Positions 48,362 through 64,000 are shown, counted from the first letter of the stretch. The stretch: 64,000 bases of DNA from Marsupella aquatica (GCA_973895155.1 OZ316899.1:12527934-12591933); one strand, 5' to 3'. Numbers and translations are program-made. Notes: generated from the sequence alone by a model not told the origin.

Positions 48362-48530
48362 TGATGGGTGAGGTGTGGGAGTAATATGTACACCATCCTA
48401 GAGTTTTCAATATGCAATGACAAATCACAATTAGAGAAAGGGTTTCCGTGATAAAGCTTACAGTGAAACATCAATAATGAAAAATGCAAGGGTCACCCCA
48501 TAATGAATATGTCATGTACACATGTAAACA

Positions 48531-49357
48531 TCAATGCCAATCATAATCTACGAGAATCTCTTCCCCTGCTCTAATGGTGCGGGTAGCATGTGTCAAGATG
48601 TAATGCGTGCATGCTATAGGCAACGAGGGTGACTCTGGTCATGGAACTCGTGCCACTCAGCGTTTGGCCTAAACCCTGAACGCCGAGAACCAATAGTGCT
48701 GTTGATGTAACCCGCCAAGTTCCCCGTGCGAGGTGGGTAACCATCAATCTGAGCATACCTAGGGTCCAACTTTAGTGACATGCCATATCAACTAAAGGTT
48801 GGGCACTGTCAGGACAAGATGTGCCATCTCGCCGCCAAATACTTGGGCCCATAGAATGGAAACAACTGAGGCAAATCATCGGGTGCACAACCGGTAGGGA
48901 CCACGATATCCACAAGAGCAAATACTCCAAGTCCTACATGAGTCCCCAATGTGGAGGGGAGGATGACCCATGGGCGGTCCCAAACTATAATAGGCTCCCG
49001 AAGCGGGAGGTCCATAGGGAGTCCAAACTGGGCTAGGAAGGAGTCCTTTAAGATGTCCAAGGCTCTCCCTCGCAACTGTCTCGGTGCTCGGGACACCGAT
49101 GCATCAAGAAAAGGGCATCGGGGCGGAACAATCCTAGGTGGACGGGACTCAATCGATCGGGGTCTAGTGGTCACCACTACTCCCCTCTCAATAGGGTGCA
49201 TCCTAAACACTCTCCTCCTCCTCCGAAATACACGGTCTATCTCCCTCAATGTGGCTGGCAAATCGGATGGATGGACGAGTGGTGCGAGTGCACGATATGC
49301 AATGTCTCTCAAGCGGTCCACAGGCGAAGATCGCACTACAATAGGAATCTGTTCCAC
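48531..49357 (-). pseudogene. SET-domain protein carried by the CACTA element
   Basis: Manual translation past the ORF stop at 48809 gives PSTLGTHVGLGVFALVDI...FPFYG...IDGYPPRTGNLAGYINS...PNAEW, then after a frameshift ATRTIRAGEEILVDYDWH*. Two TGA stops and one frameshift. Confidence 0.8.
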
Positions 49358-50475
49358 ATGTTCACCAAAACAAGTTCAGAATATGACAATCAAAAAACAA
49401 TTCAAGGAAGGAGATGTTATCATAATTGCAATACCCAACAAAATTGTATTACCTCTCGGGTCGGGGGGGTGTAACGACCATGGATCCCTAAATGGCTAAG
49501 GACAGTGGTCCTCTCGTGTAAGACAACACCCTTGCATCGTCTGCAAGGGCAAGGCATCTTGCGAACTGGCCAATCCCCTGAAGAGCAGCCATGGCCTCTC
49601 CAAATCCATCAGCATGATGGGGGCTCCGGCCTCTCCTACCCTGGAATGATATCTGCGTCGACGACACCTGGATCGGTGATGCCTAGATCGATCATACATG
49701 TCTGGTGAGTAATCTCTCCCGGTTCAACAGGTCGTCCCTCCCCCTATGATGATGGTCATCTCTGCGTCGGGTGTAAGTACCCCCACCATGGTCCTCATAG
49801 GATGAGTCATCCCTCCTCCTCCCTCCCTCGTCATCCCTCCTCCTCCGCCGCTCGTCATTGCTCCTATAGCCCGATGAAGCTTAACTCCCCCTATGCCGAT
49901 GATGGTGTCTATGTTGGTGAGAAATACCGCCATGCTCATCGTCATCATCACACGAGTCATCCCTTCGCCTATCCGACTCATCATACGTCCCCCTATGATG
50001 ATGATGGTATCTGTGCCGATGATGCCTGCCCCCATCATGGTCCGATGCATAGGTTGCCATGTCCCCTGTGATCAAATTTACAAAGGCCCCCACAACATAT
50101 TAAACCCCAAGCATAAACGTATCCCGCTACGTTAACCAAAATAACGTCCATCCACACGATGTTCTTCTAAAATTAATGTCGTTTTTTAGGTTGTGGGGAG
50201 GTTGCTGAATTTAGTTTACGTCATAATGTATGACGTACTTAATAAGTTAACGTCATTTGGTATGACATAATTATGTGTAACGTCGCCACTAAACCCTACA
50301 CCCCTGGTTAACGTTGTGATTAATGACGTTAAATTAGGGTAACGGCGGGTCTCCAATGTTCGTGGGCTACGGTTGTTTTCCTTTAACAAAACACCGGGAA
50401 GTGACTCAAATGTGACTCACATTCAACATTCAACACTTCCCCTCTCCCCCTCTCGACCTCCTATCTTAACAGTGA

Positions 50476-52608
<2,133 letters not shown>

Positions 52609-53852
52609 TCCCTAGGAGTAGAGGCAAGGGAGCTGCGGAGTTGGTGTCTGGTAGCAGTAGTTCAAACGAGGATCCACTTCCGTACGAGTTGCGGCCCCGA
52701 GGCAAACAGTCGGAGGCACCGCCACATATTTCTGTTCGCAGGTCTGGACGTGATAGGAGCCGCTCTCAACGGCATTAGGGTATACCATGCATGACTAGGT
52801 GGACGTCCACCTGCATTTTGTACATTTTTGGCAAAAACTTTTGACGCCATCCATTTATAGTGGCATTCCGGACTTCATATGTCTATTTTATGTGTATTCC
52901 GTGTGTATATGAACCTAAACCTAAAGCCCACCCAACTAAGGTAGCTTGGAAGGATGTTCCATACAAGATTAATGTTTACCACAAACGACACTCCATTCAC
53001 GTCTCTCCATTCTTGGTACTATTTTCAAACATTCTCGTTAACACCATTTTTACCAAGCCTCACACGACTTACTACTCATACGTCCTGGACAGACTCATCA
53101 TTAACAAAGTCACAAACTACGTAATCTGACATTAACGTCGTTTTAAACGATGTTATCAGCTGATTTCCCTATTCAATCTGCGTCCAGAATAACGTCTTTA
53201 TTTACGACGTTAATATGTAACGTAGTATGGACCGACGTATGTAATGTCGTTTTGGACGATGTAAACTGTAACCTTTGTTACTTTGTACAAAATGTGCCCT
53301 CATTCACGTCGAGTATGTCGCCTTTCTTTAGTAGCAAGGAGACGTCGGGCTTAACGTCTTCATGTAACACATAAAAAGTCCTGATAATGTAGTTGTGACA
53401 TGAATAATGTTGTCATTGAATATCCCTGCTATTTAGATACAGCATCATGTCATAACAGTCCAGTTCAGAAAGCGCAGTTCAGCCTACGAGAAGGAAAAAT
53501 AAAATCCATGCAGGGATGGAGTAATTTATGGTGGGACCCACCCTAAATCCAATTATAGGCTTAAAACCGATCGGCGAAGAAGAGTTCTGGCATTTGCAAT
53601 ATTGGAGCCGGACAGAATGTGAAAACTAGCGCCAGGCACTAACAAAGCTTTAACAGGGACAAAAGTTTAAGTTAAGGGACAACAACATGACAATAACCAG
53701 ATAAAATTTAAAATTTAACAATATTAATGTTCTGGAACCAGCACCAGGCGCTAACCAAAAGCAAGAAAAAACCAGTGTAATATCCGTTGACTACAGACAA
53801 AAACCATAGTATCCGTTACAAAAAATGACAGTCTCTAGAATGTCATATTACT

Positions 53853-56800
53853 CTACAAACCATTCGCGTTCTGCCTATCCAGCACCAGTCTGACTTCCAC
53901 AACTATGAAAATGGGCTGGCTACACAGGGTAGACTCCTCTACATGAAACTTGAAGACATTTATAAACACCCAATACAAATGTTTACAAGGCATATATGGC
54001 TTGCCACAAGAATGACGACGGAAGAAATCCTCACAGGAACAGGTTGGGAAGACGCAAATTTGGACAAAGTAAGTGTTTGGGGATCGAAGGTTATCGTGGG
54101 TCCGGATTTTGAATTGCTTCCCAAATGCAATTCCAATACCCACATCCCACTCGCCATCCAAAGTCATAGCTTCTTTCCGAGCCGATTCCATTTGTGTACT
54201 GTGAGCCAAAGTTAGATTTGATCAAGGTCTAGAGTTTCTCCCATTCCTGGTCCGAAGGCGTACGTTGGGGTTGGCGAAATTGATTCTTTCAGGAAATGCG
54301 TTTACATTAATTCTCAAGTTGAATGGAACAGGTGCATCTCGAGACGTCACAGCTGTTTGGACCATTGAGACTCCCTGTGCTTCAAGGATCTCTACCTCGA
54401 CAGGTGACAGGTTGGTCCCTTTCACAACTGGCAAGATATCCGGCACAGGAGGAAGGCGTTCAACACCACGACGCGGGCGGCTCTTGTAGCATGTTTTGTT
54501 TGGGCAGAACCATATCATTTCTGCAATGGGTGTGCCTCTGAAAATGCGATGTCTGCTGACAACAATGCCGACAACACCTATTGCCGAATGGAACCCAACT
54601 TTTTTGACAGGATTTCAACACTCATCCCTCTCAGAATTTCCAGGCAAAGTCCCATTGCACTGAGGCCCTGCACCATATTTGGCCGTCCGCCGCAAATGCC
54701 AGGTCCCTCTAGGAACATCCATTTCCAAAGGAGTTGACTCTATTGGCAAACGTTGAAGAACAGCCAGAGCACTGAGTGGGGGTTGCAATGATGTTGCTAT
54801 TCCTCTAGCTTCAGGGGTGTTCGCGAGGAAATCACTTCCATTCGTTGAAGTGTCGCTCCCGCCGAGGTCAACTATGGGATCTGTTACATTTGCGGGAAAG
54901 GAAGTGAAGACGGTGTTGTTGAGATTCTTCCGTTTGAACCCTTGAGTATTGGGTGTAGTGATGAGAATGGTGTCATGCCGATGGGAGTCTTGTGGCAAGA
55001 CAATCCCAGTTGCAAGTCCCTTCCTCTTAACCGACCTTGTGATAATATCTCCATTAAGAGGAGAGCTCCTATCCAGATCCAAATCAGCAGAGTTGGAAAG
55101 AATCATGTTGGTTGCTTCTTCAAATAACTTGGGTGAACCAGATTGGTCTGCGGATTGGAATGCTAATTCCCAGATAGTTGGCCCCTTCCCTGTATTGAGT
55201 CCCTTTTGATATGCGTTGTAACCCGCAACTTGTGACAAAGCTCAATTTTGATCAACTTTGCATGCTTCAAAGAGACCCACCATTTTTTTGTAGCCCATGC
55301 TTTCATGGAGGCGTGCCTTGACTCTGACCTGGTACAGTTTGGAATGAGCGCACCTTCTTATGCGCTTTTGCTCTGCAATAAAACCCGTCTAGACAAAGTT
55401 TAGTTCTTTTGTATAAGCAGCGCCAAGTGCTAGCAATGAGTAGGAGATAATAAAAGAAGGTTTATTGGTACAAGTTTCTTTTTCTGTAATGTTTGAAGGT
55501 TTTTTGAGTGAAAATTAAAGCAGCGCATGGCGCTAGTATAAACACACTGAGGTTTGACTAATAAATGCATCAGGAAAACTTACCACACAAATGAAATTCC
55601 CCCACTAATGCCATCGAACAACCCATTGAGATATCCAACTCTGCAACATCATCAACTTTCCTGGGACACAGTTTCTCGCTTGCCACCACAACACGATCTC
55701 CCTCGAAACTCGATACGCCGCAACAAACGTTGGAGCATTCCGCAGTTTCTCCCATAGTTGCCGATGGTCTGGTTGCTTACCCTCCAAAACTCCTTCTGTA
55801 GAATGTCGATGGAAAGACTGGTAAAAGTGAAATGCATCAGAGCGTTCAACCCTCCAAAAAAGACATTGTGAACGGCGATCCATCCAGCCTGAGCATTGTC
55901 AACCATAAAACCTTGAATGACAACGTCCTATAACCCATTTTCCTTACAAACCTCAATCATAATTCTCCACGCTTTCTCAAAGGACTCCATGTCTTCAACT
56001 TTTAGTTCGCATGTGAAGATTGTACAAAGAGCTCGGAAGTTGTGATCGTAAACGTGTGCATTGAAAGTAAACCAGTCGGTTGTCACTCGCTTCATCACAT
56101 CAAAACTCACCCAAGTTCCTTCCAATCTTTTGCTGGGTTGCATCTGCCGGAGAAGATCTACACCAGATCCATGACCCTTGACTGTCATTTTGAATATATG
56201 GGGCCTATCTGCTACACAACCCTGACCCGATAGGAGGTACCTTTGGAGGAAAGAAATGTTATTTGACCTTTGCATCCGAGCTAGGAAATCTAACTCACCA
56301 CAACCAGCCTAGTCCATTTGAACGCTAACCCCAATGTTTTCGCAAAGAGCTTTCACGAGCAAACCGGTTGCAGAATTCAAAATACCAGTTGGCTTTGCTA
56401 GAGGATTGGCTTCATGATTTTTTCTTATCAAATCCTCAGCTATCTTCTCAACACTCCTTGAGAAAACTTTCCTACTCGGATGGTTATGCTCACCTATATG
56501 AACTGCGAGCCGAGACATGTGACTACAAGTCTGTGTATCAAGAAGGACTTGAGGGTACATATAAAACAAGCGAGCAGGGCAAGACTTCACACAGAAAGGA
56601 ATCTGCTCACAATAGTGACAGACTACACCACCCTCTTCAATCAACAAACCCACCATGTGCTGGCCATTGAGTTTAGGAGCACCATGCCAGGCCTTTGCAT
56701 TGCATCTCTTCTTTCGCTGAAAGTACTCACAAAACTTGTTCCTGCACTTGATGAACCCGATACACGTAACCTTACCAAATTCCCAATGTTTCTTTGGATG

Positions 56801-57121
56801 CACGTTCGCAGTTGTCGGAAAAATTTGGGTCCAAATGTAACAATCTTTGGCGCGGTCCATGTCACGAAGTCTAAATCCCTTGGAGAGCGTTCCCTCAATG
56901 GGAGGCAGTTCAAATACAACATTTCCGTTGTACTTGTCTGGCAAACAAGGAACTTGCTCATGCCGGAAGTCCCCTGTCGAGATAAACCTTGACAGTTCAC
57001 TATGTCTCGTGGCCTTGAGTAAGGCGTCCATCACACTCCTCCGGTAGACTTTATGACGACCTCCGGAGGTAGCCACCGGCTCATCCTTAACAAAAGCGGA
57101 AACCGGAACTTTGTACTGCAA
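53853..57121 (-). pseudogene. Decayed Mutator-type transposase with SWIM finger
   Basis: CPARL...HIGEHNHP zinc domain, WVSFDVMKRV / GFMVDNAQAG / FHFYQS catalytic-like motifs, and CSCEDF...CKHLYWV SWIM. The 5' end is cut by the LTR insertion at 57185. Confidence 0.8.
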
Positions 57122-58765
57122 TGAAGGAGTGGGTGCAACATCACCATCTTCACTGTCAGATATGTCAACAACAACAACAGGAATTGTGATGCCTAGCCAG
57201 GAATCACTAGGCCGGTTTACATGGTAAAAGCAGGAATGTACCCTAGAAACACCTTAGTATAGTAACAAGACAAGGAAAATATAAACAATTAAGGGTGACA
57301 ATGGAACCCGGGCCGAGGCCGGAAGTAAGGACGTCGGGGGAGAGAACACGATTAGGGTTAGGGCGCACTAAGCATCGGTGGCTAGGGGTGACCAACGGGA
57401 GGGAAGACCAGAGGAGGAGAGGGGTAAGGACCGCTCGCGAGGAATGGTGGCTCATTTGCAAGCACGAACTGGGCAAACGACTACGGGAGGCCAAATACTG
57501 TCAGCTGCTTAGGCAAGCACTCTGGGTGGGAACAGATACCAACGATCGAGTCAAGGAGGGTATGAGCAACGTCAATCAAGCGGCACATTTTTGGGGATGC
57601 CTGTTCGAACGGGCAACTGAGTACATTGGGACTTACGAGGACGAAGAATCAGAGAGAGCAACTCGAGAACGGCAGGAGCTCGCTCGACTGTGGGAGCTGC
57701 AGAAGTTTGCCTTCTTAGGAGGAGAACTCATCAAGGCTGAGTTCTTGTGGACTCCTACTGCCAATCAGCTCGATGACCTTCTGTTTTGCGAAGACAGAAT
57801 CGTCGGCATTCGGGAAGCCATCAACCGCTGCAACGACGTGCATTGGGAGTTGAAGGGTAGCACGGAGGGGTGGACAAAGGCAACTGTGCTAGGAGAAACA
57901 TCCACGACAACCGAGATGAAGAGGAAAGGAAACAACAACGAAGAGGCCACCCTGGCAAAAAGAACGAGGTTGGCGGCACCAAGGAAGCTAGCAGAGCAGC
58001 AGAGCAGGAGGCAGGGAGAAGCCGAAGAGGAGGAGGTTGATCCCATCAATGCCATTCCAACAAAGGGTGACACCTGGAAAGGCTGGGCGGCGACCCTACC
58101 AAAGGAAGTGCAATTACATTTTGCACGGGAGGAGGATGCATGCTTTACGGCCATGCAGACCAAGAAGTACCAGGGCTTCATGGCCGAATCCAGCTTGGAA
58201 ACCTTCGTAAGATTACCATGGCTGAAGCCGGAGGTGCCGGACTCAGACTTATTAGAATTTGTGGGATCATGGGAACCCGAGACCAATTCCACGAGGGTGT
58301 ATGGGAAGGATTTCTATCTCACTCCCCGGGTGATTGCCGAGGTGTTTGGCTTGCCGATGGGTAATAAGACCAAGGTTGATACTAGGAAGACCTTACCTGA
58401 CAAGGAGTTCCGGTCGTTCCCAGGACCATCAACAAAGAATGGCTTCTTCCGGAACACCTGCACCAACCCACACATCGGAGAGATGATCAATTTCTTGCGG
58501 GTGACCATGCATTGTAACTTGCCAAGGGCAGAGATCGGCAAGGCTCAGGTCTACCTGGCAGAAAGGCCAGACCCAAGCCGGGATTACAACGGGTACCTCC
58601 TCAACCAACTGAAGAAGATCTTGAAGGAGGAACAGCAGGTGATCGGCGTGGGAAGCGTGTCCCGGCTTGGCTATCACATGCCGTTGTTGTGCCGGTATGC
58701 CAGAAGTCAAATCTTTGCCCCAGTACTTCCCCTATCGGCAAGGGCACCGGAGGAGGTTCTGGAGC

Positions 58766-60267
58766 AGAGGCCGGCAACAGAAGAGCCCAACCAGCCTGCC
58801 AGTCCTACAATCGAGCAAGTGTTTTGACCAAGGAAAGAAGACTTGCCGATGCAGCAATCAGGCATGCAGAATCTGCTGAAAATGCTGGAGAAGGAGAGAA
58901 TGGCACCAGCAACGGCAACGGCACCGGTACAGGACACTGCCCCAGAGGCCGGCCTAAGCCGACTCAAGAGGGAAAACCCCTTTACCGGAGCCAAGGAGAG
59001 AAGGAGGCGGGACACAAGCCGGGAGTGCAAATGTATGTGGGAGCCTCAAGCCCCGAATCGGAGGCAGAGCAGCCTAAGACTCCTTCCCGAGGAGAGCAGA
59101 GGGAGAGGACAGCCTGGAACCCATAGGAAGAACAAGAGCCCGTGATCTGTGAGGCCATTTTCACGGCAGGACCAGGGGAACAGAGGGGGAAGCCGGGAGT
59201 CCAAGCAGTGGAGGAGGCAGTGGAGGACTACAGCAATGATAACTTTGGCTATGGGTCGGATCATCATGTTCCAGGAGTAAGGACCTGTGACCAATTTATC
59301 TCCACGCTTCCAAGAGTAGTTCGAGGGGACCCCACCCAACAGAGTAGCCTCGAGTCTCCCCCACCAGAGGTTGCTCCCTCGAGCTTTGACGGCATAAAGC
59401 AGACGGCACAAGAATTTCAGGAGCGACTTAGGGAGGAAGAGAAAGCAGCCCTGGCTAGGGAGAAAGATTTACCGGGAGGAGATTGGCCGGAGGACATCAG
59501 GCGGCTTGCCAAAAAAAGAGGCCGGCAACAGAAGAGCCCAACCAGCCTGCCAGTCCTACAATCGAGCAGGTGTTTCGGCCAAGGAAAGAAGACTTGCCGA
59601 TGCAGCAATTAGGCATGCAGAATCTGCTGAAAATGCTGGAGAAGGAGAGAACGACACCAGCAACGGCAACGGCACCGGTACAGGACACTGCCCCAGAGGC
59701 CGGCCTAAGCCGACTCAGGAGGGAAAACCCCTTTACCGGAGCCAAGGAGAGAAGGAGGCCGGAACAAAAACCGGGAGTGCAAATGTATGTGGGAGCCTCA
59801 AGCCCCGAATTGGAGGCAGAGCAGCCTAAGGCTCCTTCCCGCGAGCAGAGGGAGAGGACAGCCTGGAACCCAGAGGAGGAACAAGATCCCATGGTCTGTG
59901 AGGCCGTTTTCACGGCAGGACCAGGGGAACATAGGGGGAAGCAGGGAGTCCAAGCAGTGGAGGAGGCGGTGGAGGACTACAGCAATGATAACTCCGGCTA
60001 TGGGTCGGATCATCATGTTCCAGGAGTAAGGACCTGTGGCCGATTTATCCCCATGCTTCCAAGATTAGTTTGAGGGGACCCCACCCAGCAGAGTAGCCCC
60101 GAGTCTCCCCCACCAGAGGTTGCTCCCCCGAGCTTTGACGGCATAAAGCAGACGGCACAAGATTTTCAGGAGCAACTCAGGGAGGAAGAGAGGGTAGCCC
60201 TGGCTAGGGAGAAAGATTTACCAGGAGGAGATTGGCCGGAGGACATCAGGCGGCTTGCCGAAAAAAG
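58766..60267 (+). repeat. Tandem duplication of about 751 bp
   Basis: AGAGGCCGGCAACAGAAGAGCCC starts at 58766 and again at 59517. Confidence 0.9.
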
Positions 60268-61539
60268 AAGCAACCCTCTTGCCACCGTAGAAGAAATCCG
60301 CAAGGCGGCTTGGGAATAGAGGCCGAGGTGGTTGATGCCGATGACTTCTACTTACTCCACCTATGCTAAAGATAGAGCCATGGAGTACGGGGAGATGTGT
60401 GGGGACCTGGCGCTCAGCATCTTTGGGGAGGAGTTGGAGCAGGGACCTTTCTACCAGAGGGAGAGGTTGGAGAAGCACCGATTAGAAGAAGCGGTGGCTT
60501 TGGAGAGAAGCAAGAAGGACGAGGTCATCCGGCGGCTTAGGGAGAAGGAAGCCGAGGTGGAAGTCATGCAGGCGGCCAAGAAAGCCCAAGATGAGCTGCG
60601 GATTAAGCGGCATGAGCTAAACATCATGCAGGGGCAGTTGGATACCGCTCAGTCTGACAATCAGATTATCAAAGATAAACTGACTCGGACCCAAGGAGAG
60701 TTGGCCGACGCAGTCAAGGAAAGAAAGAAATGGAAGCGAGAGCTAAGGGACGCAGAGGAGGCCCACTTAGCAACCAACAATCGGGCCATGACGGAGAACC
60801 AGAGAAGGGAGAGGGCATTAAAGGGGGAACTCGAGGATATCCGCAGAGCCCTTGAGCAAAAGGAGGTCGAGTTAGGGAAATCCTATCAAGGGATTATTGC
60901 GTTGCAGCAGGAGCTTGCGTCCCTGACGGCCAGCTTCAAGGCCGACCTCCGTGAGAAAGACGACCAGCTCGACCAGACTTATGCCAAGATGAATAAGATG
61001 GAGTCTGAGGTCGTAGCAGAGCTCAACAAGGAGCTAAGAGCAACCCAGGAGGAGAGGGCTACCTTAAAGAAAGAATTGGAGGAAGCCAAAAAGGAGCTGG
61101 AGGAGGCGCGCAAGGACCTGGATGAGACCCAGGAGGAGTTGGAGGAAATCACAAGGAAGATGGAGAACCTACAGCGGCGGGCCGACAACCAAACGGAGCG
61201 GCTGAAGAAACAAGCCGCAGTATTTAAATGCTTGGCTTCATCAGGTCCAACTCCAATTGGGGCAACCCAGTTACCAGGGGTAGTATTGGCCGAAGGACAA
61301 GCCGAGACACTCACCCCGGTGCCGGAGGTAAGTGGCAAGGGGAAGGAACCTGCTGTCAAAATAGGGAAGAAGAAGAAGCGGAAACCTTCTAGGTCTGGGA
61401 GTTATACGGCTTCTCAAGCCGTTGTGACCGAGAAGATAAACCCGGCACCAACCTCCGGCATCGACACGGCAGTGGATCCACCAGTCCTAGGAAGTGGGGA
61501 TGGCAAGGCCGAGGCCGGGACAACCAGTAATGAAGCCGA

Positions 61540-63767
61540 TGTCCTGAGGATAAGCAAAGAGGTGGGAAAGGGCCTCAAGGGACACGCAGGGTGTATGGCT
61601 GCTTGAGATAGGAAACGGTTGCAAACAAGACAAAGTATCTACCCTAACCTTTCATCCACATCATCACAAGCAAGCAAGCATGCTTTCGAAACTCAAGCCA
61701 TTTACATACTCATATCCAATCACAATCAAAATAACTAGTTCAAGCTTCCCAATGTAATCCTCACAAGTCTAAGCCCAACATTCAATTGGTCACCATTCCT
61801 TTTCCAACACTTGATTGCACACAATCCCTTGCAACCCTCTAAGGTACACAAGTTCAAGCTTACATCAATGTGGTCAAGTTAAGGGTCACTCTTGGTTGTG
61901 GCTAAGACAAGTGGGACATCCAAAGGTATGCAAGGCATCTCTATGCACCATTCAAACATCCAACTGTTGAAACATGGAAAACTACTTTCGAAAAGTGACC
62001 TAGGGTTGGTCAACAAACTCCTTAACAAACATGGAATTGACCTTAGTCCCTTCCTCTAGTAGAACCACCAAGTACAATCCACAAACAACCCATTCCATCA
62101 ATCGAAAATGCCTTCACTCTTTACTCTTGCAACTTCCCTCATGTATAATAACTACTTTCGAAAGTACCTTCATCCAACCCATCTACTTTCAAAAACACCT
62201 TCAAGCTCACAACAACATTCGAAAATGGCATGAAGACATTCATTCTAATTATTCCATCACTCATAGCCAAAGCAAGGCATCAACACACATCTCAAAAACG
62301 AGGATACCTCTCCTCTAAATGCATAGCAAGAAGGCACATGTAGCATCATGGCCTCCAAGTAAAAACATGGGTCACAAGCAAGACCCTCCTAGCAAAAATG
62401 AATCATCACCAAGTCTAATCATCAACCAAGCATTCAAAATCCCTCCATAGCCTATCCAAGCTTCAAAACCCTAGTCTCCTTATCTCATACTTCCTTCTAT
62501 CAACCAAATCTACTTTCGAAGCTTCAAGTCAAGGAGTTTACAAGAGAGTAGGCCTTCTTAGTGAGCCATCTCTAATGCAAGACTCCCAAGCTTCAACAAG
62601 ATTAGGTCTCATCTCCTCTAAGCTTTTGAAAATCTCCTACAAGTCCATTCTCCTCAAAACTTGAAGCAACAAACCTACATTCGAGTATGCCTTCTTGTGG
62701 GCAATCTCTCATGCAAGCTCCTTATACTTCCTACTCACATCCTACCTCCTTCCTAAGGCTTTGAGTCAGCCTCTCCTACATTCGAAACCTCTCTCCAAAT
62801 CCCTAGAAAAACCGTCACAAAACTCAATCTCTTCACATTCAAAGCTTCTACTCCATCTATCTCTTCACAAAATCGCCTCTACATCTCCTACCCTCAAAAT
62901 CCTAAGGCCACGGCCAAGGAGGAGGGCTCCCCCTTCACTCATGCCTCATGCTCGAGCTCCCCTCAAGAGGTTCGCTCCTACAACTAAAAATGGGACTTAA
63001 CACTCCAAAATGGCAAAACGGCAGCACTTCAGCAGCATCTAACCTCCGAACCCTTGGCCACTCGAACTTCCTCCTTTAGTACCCAAGTGGGAAGGCCCAG
63101 GGCACCCACAAGCTCCTCCACTTATGGTTTTAATCCTCGTTGAATCACAGCCCTCGATCTCACACCAATTAGATCAAACGGCCAAAAATGAGCCAAAAAA
63201 CCCCTCCTTAGTAACTTGTAAACCAAATGAGCTTCGACCTTTTTGAAAAAGCCACGACCTCCACCAAGCCCTAACTCACATCTCCACCTTCAATCCAAAC
63301 CATCCATTAACCAAAACCAAGATCCACCGTTGAAGTAGATACATTGAATCTGGTCCATTTAACACAAAAATCTGAATCTGGTCCAAATCTCACAAAACTG
63401 ATGCACTTGGACCAAACCCTCTTACATGCCTTGAACCTGGTCACCTCCTCCATGTATTCAATGAACCTGGTCACCATGTTGCCAAAACCCTAAATACCTT
63501 GCTTGTTGAGCAAGCAACCTCCATTCCACCAATCCGCCAAATGATAACTTAATCACTGGTCACAAATGAAAAACATACCCCACAATAGTAACAAGGGTGG
63601 GTAGGCTTGACCTCATCCCTACCTTGACCCTCATAACTCTACTTCCTCCTTCACCTTGGTCAAGTTAGCTCAAGTCAAGTCAACTTGCCCAAGTTAGAAG
63701 CAAAATAGGTTTCAACTTCCTTCACAAAACATGAGGATTCCTCCTTTAGGATGGAAACCTCATGACA
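61540..63767. mobile_element. Solo LTR E (2228 bp)
   Basis: Termini TGTCCTGAGG...CCTCATGACA (imperfect inverted repeat) and 4-bp TSD CCGA. Removing it restores NEA-EVPDPPLE. Confidence 0.87.
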
Positions 63768-64000
63768 CCGAGGTACCAGATCCTCCACTAGAACATGCCG
63801 GGGAGGCCGTGGCCGATGCTGAGGCCGAAGCCGAGGGTGTACCCAGTCAGGCCGATGAAGAGTTGACTCGGTCCGGGGCAGGTAATCTGTCAGAGGACGG
63901 ACCAACGGCAGTGGCTGCGGAGGAAGCATTGGGGGCGTCCATTGAGGACCAGCCACCGGGGTCGTGACGGTGTAAGGGAGTCGTCCCTTTTAGGGAGGGT

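Larger units (their letters stand above)
57295..63967 (+). pseudogene. LTR-encoded gene copy, disrupted by stops, a tandem duplication and a solo LTR
   Basis: ORF pieces 57295-58827, 59483-60073, 60332-61539 and 63768-63967 match the 569-aa and 638-aa proteins. Confidence 0.88.
57185..64000 (+). mobile_element. A-family LTR (subfamily b), runs off the window end
   Basis: Starts TGTGATGCCTAG, the reverse complement of the A LTR terminus. Homologous to 5749-1960. No PPT upstream, so it is a 5' or solo LTR. Confidence 0.92.

Overview
This window is a nest of transposons from a land-plant genome. The PLS-type PPR remnant and iota-like GST remnant suggest a non-seed plant such as a bryophyte (inference). 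I found no intact host gene. Layout from left to right: (1) A complete but decayed Ty3/Gypsy element 'A' at 1073-18737 (minus strand, TSD GTCCC). It sits inside the 5' internal region of a second Gypsy element 'C' (5' LTR 19191-22809), which is inserted in an A-family LTR, which is inserted in another A-family LTR. A 4-kb solo LTR 'B' (8105-12094) splits the RT of A. (2) A 5'-truncated L1-type LINE, a long-TIR Mutator-like non-autonomous element and a PPR pseudogene. (3) A deleted Gypsy element 'D' (33149-40011) containing a solo LTR, then a GST fragment. (4) A 10.6-kb CACTA-superfamily element with CACAA termini (42818-53397), a decayed MULE/SWIM transposase, and another A-family LTR from 57185 to the window end, which contains a solo LTR. 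Main observations: three different LTR families (A, B, C) have very long LTRs of 3.6-4.7 kb, and each LTR contains a homologous large protein gene (shared core domain, basic NLS-like motif, coiled coil), so a solo LTR still carries the gene. The CACTA element carries a SET-domain gene that the ORF track only partly shows. A deletion in one LTR is patched with telomere-like TTTAGGG filler that keeps the reading frame.
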